Shown: positions 8,849 to 17,001 of the stretch, piece after piece
How the letters are laid out: each line of letters starts with the position of its first letter
How positions within the stretch are numbered: the stretch's first letter is position 1
DNA from: an uncultured bacterium
GTDB lineage: Bacteria > Bacteroidota > Bacteroidia > Flavobacteriales > Flavobacteriaceae
NCBI GenBank assembly: GCA_965365355.1
Contig: CBDUBJ010000002.1
Coordinates: forward strand, 8,178 to 72,177
DNA length: 64,000 bases
Direction of reading: 5' to 3'
Program-made: the position numbers and the translations under genes
Notes under the pieces: model-generated
The model's input: only the letters and a program-made list of their open reading frames with translations
Database searches by the model: none
Told to the model about the DNA's origin: nothing

Positions 8849-10816
8849 ATGTTACTAACCAGTTCAATTGTTTTGGGTTTTATCCGGCTGGCGTTCATCC
8901 TGCTGTTTTTCTTCTATCTGAATAAGAAATTTGTCAATAAATCGGATTCGAATAACCTGCTTGAATTTATCGTTCATCACTGGTTTCGATATGGAAGTTT
9001 TATCGGGATCATGCTTTTCGTAACTGTACAATTGAGCCTGTATAATCTGTTCAACTGTATGATCATTTTGATATTGATCATGACTATCGATATGATAGGA
9101 CTTAAAAATCTTCAAAATTTTAGAGCATATTTCAAGAATGCCGCCGCCAAAAACCTTCATGCGATCTTAAAGACGATAGAATTGCGGCGACCAAAATTTG
9201 CCTGGCTGCGTTTACGGAAAAAATCGCAGTCGAGGAGCCGCGGATATTTTATTTTTTTCCTGGTTGTCGTTCTTGCAATATTGATCTTTGGCAGCAGGTT
9301 TTACTTTATTCGGTACGATATGTATTCGCTGTCGGGGATCTGGCTTGGCGATCTTGCCAAGGTAAAAGATTTCGATTTCCAGATTTGGTTTTTAAACAAT
9401 ATCGCTGTTTCTGGAGATTTCGCTTTCGTAAACTTTTACTCCAAACTTACCGATGTCAGCCCTGAGATCGCCCTACAATCAATGGCACTTCTGGAATCGA
9501 CGCTAATTGGAATTCTGATTTTTTGGGTTGTTCGCAAATGTACGCCTTCACGTGCCATTGCACCGGTTATCGGAGCCATGTCGTTTGCACTGGCTTATAC
9601 ACTGATGCCGGTTAACGTGTATTTCCTGCTTCAGAGCAAGCCGATCCTTTTGGCATTGTCATTCGGACTTCCCGCAATGGTTTATTTACTAAAACCTGCG
9701 TTGTTGAAATTCAGGAAGATCAATTATTTCTTCGCAATGCTTTTTGTCTTTATAACCATCGGACTGATCGATTTATTTACCTTATATATATTGCTGCCGC
9801 CATTCGTAATTCTTGCGGGAATATTTTCCAAGCGGAAATCGAAAAAGCATTTCTGGGTTGGCGCGTTGGCATACATTGCGGGAGCGCTTTCCGTCTTTAT
9901 TATATATGGCATTGTTTGCTTTTTCCTTGAAACAGATTTGGAAACTTTCATACATACCAGCCTTATTTCGATAAGTTCGTATACTTACATTCCGCAGTTG
10001 ATCATTCCTTTTGATGTGCTTATCGATTATTATCAATTGGGATCTGTGGCCGCAATGCTCGTACTATTGGTTTACATTTTTTATCTGAAGGAAAATTGGT
10101 ACGCGGCATTTGCTTTCCTGATTTACTTTAACTTGCTTGTCCTATTGGGTAAGATGAATGATCTGACCTGGATCGACAAAGATTTGTTAAGCCAGGCACT
10201 GTCGGTTTTCATGCACATTGTCGCCGGTGTTGTCATTGCCATTGTTATTCGACTTGCCAAACCGATCTCGATCCGAACAGCGCAGTTAAACGTTCCTGTA
10301 GTTGTGGCCATTATGGCCGCACTGGTTTACGCCGCGGTGTATTATCAGAAAGACATGATCAACAGCCTTGACGAGATCGACACGACCCCAAAGCAGGTTT
10401 TGGATGCATACGATAAGATATCGACAACATATTTTCCTTTTTCATACGCTGTTGTAAACGACAACACGTCGCAGGCCATCAGTACGAACAAGCACTTTTT
10501 CATGAATTATCAAGATTTCATATACGATTACCCCAAACAGGATTCAATTTACTTTGCCAACATCAAAGACCCGAAATTTTTGAAAAAAAATCCCGAGTAT
10601 GCATTACCGAAAAGTGTGTTGATCTTTGTGTTCAAAGGTCGAAAACAGAGTATGTATGGTGAAAACGGGGATATTTCGGAAATACTGATGGATCAGCTCG
10701 ACACACTGAAAAAACGTGGCAGGACAGTTCAGCTTTTCTACACAAATGACGATATCAACGTTTATGAAGTCATAAATGAGCCGGGCGAAAGCAGGGTAGT
10801 GGACCTTATTTTCTAA
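8849..10816 (+). CDS. Polytopic membrane protein with a C-terminal soluble domain (GT-C-like architecture, family unknown)
   Basis: ATG 1 nt after the GH114 stop (the ORF track starts at 8795); more than 12 hydrophobic segments, then a soluble domain of about 150 aa. Confidence 0.7.
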   Translation: MLLTSSIVLGFIRLAFILLFFFYLNKKFVNKSDSNNLLEFIVHHWFRYGSFIGIMLFVTVQLSLYNLFNCMIILILIMTIDMIGLKNLQNFRAYFKNAAAKNLHAILKTIELRRPKFAWLRLRKKSQSRSRGYFIFFLVVVLAILIFGSRFYFIRYDMYSLSGIWLGDLAKVKDFDFQIWFLNNIAVSGDFAFVNFYSKLTDVSPEIALQSMALLESTLIGILIFWVVRKCTPSRAIAPVIGAMSFALAYTLMPVNVYFLLQSKPILLALSFGLPAMVYLLKPALLKFRKINYFFAMLFVFITIGLIDLFTLYILLPPFVILAGIFSKRKSKKHFWVGALAYIAGALSVFIIYGIVCFFLETDLETFIHTSLISISSYTYIPQLIIPFDVLIDYYQLGSVAAMLVLLVYIFYLKENWYAAFAFLIYFNLLVLLGKMNDLTWIDKDLLSQALSVFMHIVAGVVIAIVIRLAKPISIRTAQLNVPVVVAIMAALVYAAVYYQKDMINSLDEIDTTPKQVLDAYDKISTTYFPFSYAVVNDNTSQAISTNKHFFMNYQDFIYDYPKQDSIYFANIKDPKFLKKNPEYALPKSVLIFVFKGRKQSMYGENGDISEILMDQLDTLKKRGRTVQLFYTNDDINVYEVINEPGESRVVDLIF

Positions 10817-10818
10817 AA

Positions 10819-13800
10819 ATGGTAAAAACAAACAGATTATTCTTCTTTCGGATATTTGCAGCCCTTGCGGTGTTCGCCCTATTGTTTTCAGGGTGCGGGC
10901 GGCTTGACAATTTGGACGCCGACGATTTTGATTTTTTTGACAATGACGACGATAGGTCAGGTGCCGAGCTTCGCAGGTATTCCGATCCAGCCGAGTCTTC
11001 TTCGCCACTTGTTGAATATATTTTTGACAACGCCAATCCGACCAGTACAAGTTATGAAAAGCACATCAGGAAAATCTGCGATTATACCAAGCTTCCATAC
11101 CGTTCCACAAATCTGAAGGAATGGAGTGATTCACCGGAGATATCTTCGACAACACGGGTTATTTCGATACTTGAAACAAAAAAGCTGTCACAAAAAGCTA
11201 TCGAGCGACTGATTAAATTTGTGGCCGAAGGCGGAACTTTATTCCTGCCATTTGCCAGCGAAGACCACCGGATGGCATTTCTGATAGGCTTTAAACCCGA
11301 CGCCGAGTACGCCACCGATATCAAATCGAAAGGTTTCTTTTTCAAAGCGCCATTGCTTCCAAACATGAAAGGCAAAACAACAGGCGATGAAAATGTACAC
11401 TACGGATTTGCAAAAGATAATTTTACGAAAGACATCCGCGTCCTGGCCACAGCCGTCAACAATTCGGAATATCCGCTTGTCATCGAAAACCTGATTGGCA
11501 AAGGCCGGGTTGTTTTGTACAACACTTCGGGCAGCATGGAGAAAGTCGATCGCGGACTGCTTTTTTCGGGCATTTTAAAAGGCATTGAAGGAATTCCATA
11601 CCCAATCGCGAATACCAGTACAATTTTTCTCGACGATTTTCCATCGCCTTTATATGATGTGAAAAGCGAACCGATAGCTTCGGAAATGAACCTCTCGATT
11701 TCGGATTACGTGAAGAAAGTCTGGTGGCCCGACATGGTGGCGCTGGCAGAAAAGCACAATATGAGCTATTCGGCAATGATCGCATTTGATTATAAGAATA
11801 AAGTTTTACCGCCGTACATTTTCGATCAATGGGATGCTGTAAAAATTAAATCGGGCCGAAGAACCGAATCAATGAGCGACTGGCTTGTACGCGATGTTGC
11901 ACGCAAAGGTCATGAACTCGCATTTCATGGATACAATCACGTATCGTTGGTAAAAGAACTTTGGCCAAATCCCGAACATATCGGCCCGGCATTAAAAGCC
12001 GTGCAGAAGAAATGGGAAGTCAACAATTTCGGACCTATGCCTGTCACTTACGTGCCGCCTTCAAATATCATCGATAAATATGGCGTGAACGAACTCAAGA
12101 AAGGGATGCCTTCGCTAAAGTATATGTGCAGCCTTTACCTTGGCGAGATTGGCGACGGTGGCGGCCGCGAATTCGATTTTGATCCGTACAACAAGGACTT
12201 TTTCGATTATCCACGGATTTCCAGTGGATTTTACCTGAACGATAAAAAGAAGTACACCCACGAATCTATGTTTTTGTTCACTGGGATATGGACGCATTTC
12301 GTGCATCCGGATGATGTATATCAGATAGATAACCCGTTCAACATCAGTAAAGGTGATTATGAGCTACGAAACGGCCGTAACCTTGGCTGGCACAAAACGA
12401 AAGGCAAAGATTACGGACTCCTTTCCGAATTTACGGATTACATCGACCAAATGACCACCGCGTTTCCGCAGATGAGATTTTTGAATGCGGGTGATGGCGG
12501 CGCAATTGTAAACGACTGGCGTGCATCGCGTTTCCGTCATATGGGCGAAGACGGCAATTATATTGTAGAAGAAATCAATTCAAAAGATTCATTTACAAAT
12601 AAGCAGTATTGGTTTTTGTACGGAAGCCATGAAAACAGCTTAAAAATTGAAAACCAGCTTAAGAACGAGTCGGCAATTTTTTCGAAAACGCCATATATGG
12701 ATGGATATCTTTATATGGTATATACCTCGAAACCAAAACTTCGCCTGAAAGATCTTCAATATAAGAATAAGCTGCAGCCGGAACTTCTGACAAAAATATC
12801 GCGTAAAGTTGAAAATGATTACCGTCGTTTTCAGGGTAATGTCCAAAGATATCTTTCGGGCGGCGACATTAAAGTTGTCGATGAGGAAAAATTGTTCCAG
12901 CAGGAATTGGTTTCGCTGCGGAAAAAGATGCTGACGGATTCCAAAATCGATACGCTGACATGGAATAAATATGCGCGTTACATGAGCTGGGACGACCGCG
13001 GGAACGAAGTCTGGAAAATGCTTGAAGAACATTGCGTCAAGCATCCGCATAAGGAAAACATCATGTATTCCAAGATCCTGGCGCAGATTGTCGATTATCC
13101 AAATGAGCTGAGCCGTGAAAAGTGGATGAGTGCGCAAATGCTTGTGACGCCGAACGACAAAGATTTACTAAACAGCTATGTTGCATCGTTTTACACGCCT
13201 GAAAACCAGGAAAAGATCCGAAGGGCGCTCGTAAACCTGTTAAAGGTCGATACAAGTTTCAACACTTATCTTCAATATTTGCAGCATCTCCTCATGTATG
13301 ATCCGCCATCAGTGCTCAAAGAACTGGAAGGAAAGAAGCCCACGGCCGAATTTGCACCTGTTGCCACGGATGTCGCATGGTTATATGCAAATGAAGGTCA
13401 GTACGAAAAAGCATTCGAGTGGTCACAGTTCAGCGATGAGATCGATTTTGCATCCAAAATGAATTGGCTGATTGAAATGCGTGCTTACAAGATCCTCGAT
13501 CAGGAATATAAAAAGCATATTGCCGCCAATCCGGATGATTACCGCGTAAAGGCTGCAATGGTAAATGTTTATATGGATACCGGACGTTTTCGCGACGCGT
13601 GGATCCTGGCGAATTCGCTCCCTGAAATTCCGGAAAAAGATGAATTGCGTGATCTTTTAAATAAAGATGTGCTTTACGTTGAAAGCGATTTGCAGCAGGA
13701 ATTGCTTGCGGATCATTCTGAATTGTTCCTGCCGGAAGTTCGTGAAATGCTTGAGAAAACATACCGAAAGGAACGTGCAGACTTTGTATCATTCGACAGT

Positions 13801-14715
13801 CAGGCCGAATCAAATAAAAACGATCCGCAATCCTGGAGAAATATCCTGTCATACAATCATTATGATAAGAATCTGAATCTGCACTCATTCTCCGGGACGT
13901 ACAGCACGATGTATAAAGTGAATCTCCCGGTGAAAGACCTGGATAATGTTACGCACGCCATTGGTGGAATACAATATCAGTTTACGAGCAAAAAAACAGA
14001 TGAAAAACTGGAATATTGGTCGAAAGCACGCATTGAATACAGCGATTACCAGAAATTTTACTATCAGTTTGGCGCGGGCGCATTTCTATCTAAAAAGAGA
14101 AGCTTTCAATCGGCGCAGTTCAGGCTATATCCTGCCGAAACCGGGCCTGCCCACAGCAAGCGCATCTACCGGATGCAATTGAACTTGTACCAAGATTATT
14201 ATTTCATGAAGTATCTCAATGCAAGTGTTTCACTTGAGGGTAATTTCTACACTAAGAGTAAGGAAACAACAAACGTACGGATCGATCAATCGTATGAAGG
14301 TTCATTTACGGGCCGATTGGCAATGGATAAGCCTGAAGAGAAAAAGATGAAATTCATCCCTTTTGTAGAAGGCACGCTGACTCAGGCATCTGTTGGCCGG
14401 TCGATTATCAGTCCAAATCTCGGGTATCCATATTGGATGATCGATAAGCGATTATTCGGCGGCGGCGGGCTGGAGTGGAAGTACGGACTTAGCGAAGACA
14501 ACCTGATCGCAAGGGTAGAGGCAGCGTACTTTTTCGACGATTACACGGATCAGTTCCAGCGATATGCAGGAGAAATATCATATCAGCTGTTCGATTATAC
14601 GGCGGTAAGCGCATCGTTTGAAATCTATGCGCAGTCCAAATTTTATTCGAATGCAGTTCAGTTAGGCGTGAAGTACAATCTTAAGCCGCGCAAAAAAAAC
14701 AGGAACCGCGAATAA
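10819..14715 (+). CDS. Lipoprotein fusion: DUF2194/PelA-type deacetylase + TPR-like helices + C-terminal beta-barrel (PelA-PelB-like)
   Basis: Lipobox FSG-C26 followed by an acidic run; CE4-like IFLDDFP (D272/D273), HGYNH (H370/H374), YVPPSN and HFVHPDD motifs; Ala/Tyr/Trp-rich helical repeats at about aa 710-990; alternating beta-strand pattern at about aa 990-1290 ending GVKYNL plus a basic tail. Confidence 0.75.
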   Translation: MVKTNRLFFFRIFAALAVFALLFSGCGRLDNLDADDFDFFDNDDDRSGAELRRYSDPAESSSPLVEYIFDNANPTSTSYEKHIRKICDYTKLPYRSTNLKEWSDSPEISSTTRVISILETKKLSQKAIERLIKFVAEGGTLFLPFASEDHRMAFLIGFKPDAEYATDIKSKGFFFKAPLLPNMKGKTTGDENVHYGFAKDNFTKDIRVLATAVNNSEYPLVIENLIGKGRVVLYNTSGSMEKVDRGLLFSGILKGIEGIPYPIANTSTIFLDDFPSPLYDVKSEPIASEMNLSISDYVKKVWWPDMVALAEKHNMSYSAMIAFDYKNKVLPPYIFDQWDAVKIKSGRRTESMSDWLVRDVARKGHELAFHGYNHVSLVKELWPNPEHIGPALKAVQKKWEVNNFGPMPVTYVPPSNIIDKYGVNELKKGMPSLKYMCSLYLGEIGDGGGREFDFDPYNKDFFDYPRISSGFYLNDKKKYTHESMFLFTGIWTHFVHPDDVYQIDNPFNISKGDYELRNGRNLGWHKTKGKDYGLLSEFTDYIDQMTTAFPQMRFLNAGDGGAIVNDWRASRFRHMGEDGNYIVEEINSKDSFTNKQYWFLYGSHENSLKIENQLKNESAIFSKTPYMDGYLYMVYTSKPKLRLKDLQYKNKLQPELLTKISRKVENDYRRFQGNVQRYLSGGDIKVVDEEKLFQQELVSLRKKMLTDSKIDTLTWNKYARYMSWDDRGNEVWKMLEEHCVKHPHKENIMYSKILAQIVDYPNELSREKWMSAQMLVTPNDKDLLNSYVASFYTPENQEKIRRALVNLLKVDTSFNTYLQYLQHLLMYDPPSVLKELEGKKPTAEFAPVATDVAWLYANEGQYEKAFEWSQFSDEIDFASKMNWLIEMRAYKILDQEYKKHIAANPDDYRVKAAMVNVYMDTGRFRDAWILANSLPEIPEKDELRDLLNKDVLYVESDLQQELLADHSELFLPEVREMLEKTYRKERADFVSFDSQAESNKNDPQSWRNILSYNHYDKNLNLHSFSGTYSTMYKVNLPVKDLDNVTHAIGGIQYQFTSKKTDEKLEYWSKARIEYSDYQKFYYQFGAGAFLSKKRSFQSAQFRLYPAETGPAHSKRIYRMQLNLYQDYYFMKYLNASVSLEGNFYTKSKETTNVRIDQSYEGSFTGRLAMDKPEEKKMKFIPFVEGTLTQASVGRSIISPNLGYPYWMIDKRLFGGGGLEWKYGLSEDNLIARVEAAYFFDDYTDQFQRYAGEISYQLFDYTAVSASFEIYAQSKFYSNAVQLGVKYNLKPRKKNRNRE

Positions 14716-14727
14716 ACACGGTTCCTG
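14700..14727. terminator. Hairpin between convergent genes
   Basis: CAGGAACCG (14700-14708) and CGGTTCCTG (14719-14727) form a perfect 9-bp stem across the stop codon. Confidence 0.45.
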
Positions 14728-14775
14728 TAAATAAACAAACTAAACTTTCTACTAACTAAATAATAACCAAAGATA

Positions 14776-16404
14776 TTAGTGGCTGACGATAATTCTTTTC
14801 GTCTCCTTAGTGTTTCCGCCTTCAATAGATACGAAATATACTCCGTTGCTCAGGCTTTGCGTGTTTACAGTTACCTTGTCAGCAGAATCATTTCTTGTAT
14901 CAAGCGTGATTTTCTGGCCAAGTGAATTGTATACGAAAACTTTATAATCCGTGATCGATGGATATTCGATCGCGATCTGATCGTTCGCAGGAACCGGATA
15001 GATTACCAATTGTGGTTTTGAACCATCGTGGTCGCCGATTCCAAGTGCAGTTCCAACAGTAACGGTGTGGTTAAGGTTGTTGTAGCCTGTCGTAGCTTCC
15101 CATGTTCCGTTGTTCGCAGTCCGGATTGAATACTCAGGACGTGTTGACAATCCTGCATCTGAATCAGGAAGGCTCAGGAACATTTTATAATTACCCGATG
15201 CAATTGTTGCAGGCAATGTGATATTTTCAGTGATTGTAGTAAGAACTCCAGAATTCCAGAATCTTGGGTCGCTTGCCAAGGCAATTTTATGCTCCGCATT
15301 TGTAACCGTATTTCGAAGAACGATGTAAGCGGTGCGCGGTGTATAAGGTGTTGCAAAACCTACATTCTGGATCTTCAGCGTGATAGGCATTGCTGCACCT
15401 ACTGTTGCGTTTGTTGGGTAAGTTCCGTTACGTAATTCGAAGCGGTATCCAAGCCTGTTTTCGATTTCAGAAAAACAAGAATCATCTTGCCAGCTTTGCA
15501 ATACACCTGGATGGTATCCGATGTTGATGTATGACCAGTGGAATTTTTCCAATTCATCCAATGCAGTCGGACACTCGGAACGCGGTGCATTTACCGCGCA
15601 CGATTCGCCGCCCATCGGAAGGTATTTTGTTTCCTGCTCCATATATGCATAATCCGTAGCCAGGTTTCCATAAGTTCCTTCATCATCGTCGCTTGCAAGG
15701 AAGCAATCGTTGTGATGACCGGTTCTGGATAGCAAAGTATTTTGAAATGCCTGAGATTGATTCAGTGCAGTAGTAACATTGAATAAGCTTCTTTTGATCT
15801 TAGGTGTACGAACCTGAACCGTACGGTTTGCAGGAAGTGCGTTCAATAGCGCGTCAAGAACTTGTTTTCTGTTTGCGAAATCCGCAGCACTTGGCGTCAT
15901 GCTGAAGCTCGTGGTGTAATACCATTCGCCCCATGTTCCGATAAAACCGGCTTGCACAGTCGCAATAACGTCAGAATTGGCAGTAAGAATTGGCTTCAAC
16001 TGTGCAATATGCGCCAGGATCTGTGCTTTTGATGCATCTTGCGGCGTGCTGCTGTCATAATCGTCAGAATAAGCGAAACGGATGATGCATTTGATTCCGG
16101 CAGCTCTCATTTTTGCAAAGTCAGCTTGCATATTTGAGAGGTAAGTGCTTGAAATCGGGGCGCTGATGAAATCATCAAGATACCAAAGACGCAGTATCAG
16201 TGTAATCTTTTGGTTTGTCCGGTAACCGGTCAGTGATGACGTATTCAAGGGATCATAATCATTCGAGTGCGTTCCTTCGTGCTTGTAAAATCCTCTTTCT
16301 GGATTCGCGATCGCATCCGAAGTTGCCGAATAAGTCACATTTGTGTTTTGCGCGGCTCCTATGTAGGTTAAGAACAACGCGATCAGGGCAAAAAGTTTTC
16401 TCAT
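14776..16404 (-). CDS. T9SS-secreted DUF4874/DUF4832 putative glycoside hydrolase
   Basis: Signal peptide AAQ; IANPERGFY, AGFIGTWGEWY, HHNDCFLA and PMGGE motifs of DUF4874/DUF4832; Por-secretion CTD (IYPVPAND..VYNSLGQ..LSNGVYFV..KRIIV). Confidence 0.8.
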   Translation of the reverse strand: MRKLFALIALFLTYIGAAQNTNVTYSATSDAIANPERGFYKHEGTHSNDYDPLNTSSLTGYRTNQKITLILRLWYLDDFISAPISSTYLSNMQADFAKMRAAGIKCIIRFAYSDDYDSSTPQDASKAQILAHIAQLKPILTANSDVIATVQAGFIGTWGEWYYTTSFSMTPSAADFANRKQVLDALLNALPANRTVQVRTPKIKRSLFNVTTALNQSQAFQNTLLSRTGHHNDCFLASDDDEGTYGNLATDYAYMEQETKYLPMGGESCAVNAPRSECPTALDELEKFHWSYINIGYHPGVLQSWQDDSCFSEIENRLGYRFELRNGTYPTNATVGAAMPITLKIQNVGFATPYTPRTAYIVLRNTVTNAEHKIALASDPRFWNSGVLTTITENITLPATIASGNYKMFLSLPDSDAGLSTRPEYSIRTANNGTWEATTGYNNLNHTVTVGTALGIGDHDGSKPQLVIYPVPANDQIAIEYPSITDYKVFVYNSLGQKITLDTRNDSADKVTVNTQSLSNGVYFVSIEGGNTKETKRIIVSH

Positions 16405-16516
16405 AGTAGGTTAATTTTCAATTTCGCCGTAGGGCATTTATATTTAATTTGTTCTGACTCTAAATTGGGCATTTAGGTATCGTAAAGCAGACATTTTCAA
16501 ATCATTCTTACTGTCG

Positions 16517-16588
16517 CAAATCTATTTTAGCGCACCGATACACAAAATAAAAAAGTGTTAAAATTCATCTTTTAATCGACGAACTGCA
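16517..16588 (-). promoter_or_regulatory. DUF4832 gene promoter: -7 box and upstream operator-like motif
   Basis: Minus strand TAGATTTG (16517-16524) and TGCAGTTCGTCGAT (16575-16588). Confidence 0.5.
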
Positions 16589-16701
16589 ATTTTAACGCTC
16601 AAAAATAAAATAATTCTTACAGTCTAATGATGATTTGTAAGTAAAAATTGAATAAAAACGTGCTGTTTTTCTTAACAAATAACTTTTCGATTGTTGATAA
16701 G

Positions 16702-16823
16702 TACGATAAATCGAATAAAATCATCGACGAATTGCATTGCTGTTCGACAAAGTGCAACACGTGCATCGACGAAATGACTGTTTGAATCGTTAAAGTGAAA
16801 GTGCCAAATATCGATGAAACCCA
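16702..16823. repeat. Array of imperfect 14-bp direct repeats with ~21-bp period
   Basis: ATCGACGAATTGCA (16723), TTCGACAAAGTGCA (16743), ATCGACGAAATGAC (16765), ATCGTTAAAGTGAA (16786), ATCGATGAAACCCA (16810), and a weak copy at 16702. Confidence 0.7.
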
Positions 16824-17001
16824 TATTTGGGCATTTTTAAGATTTCGTTTTTCCTGGTTCCAAACGTCAGCATTTAGCCGCAGACTTTAACGCTTATATT
16901 TGAATTATAATTTATATTATGTAAAATAGAAAATATGATTGTTGCCCTTGTTTCCTTTATCTATATAAAGTACTTTTACGAACAGCTATTTTTTGTACAT
17001 C

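Noticed and set aside
16702-16823. CRISPR array
   Set aside because: Units are 14 bp and degenerate with about 7-bp gaps; no cas genes.
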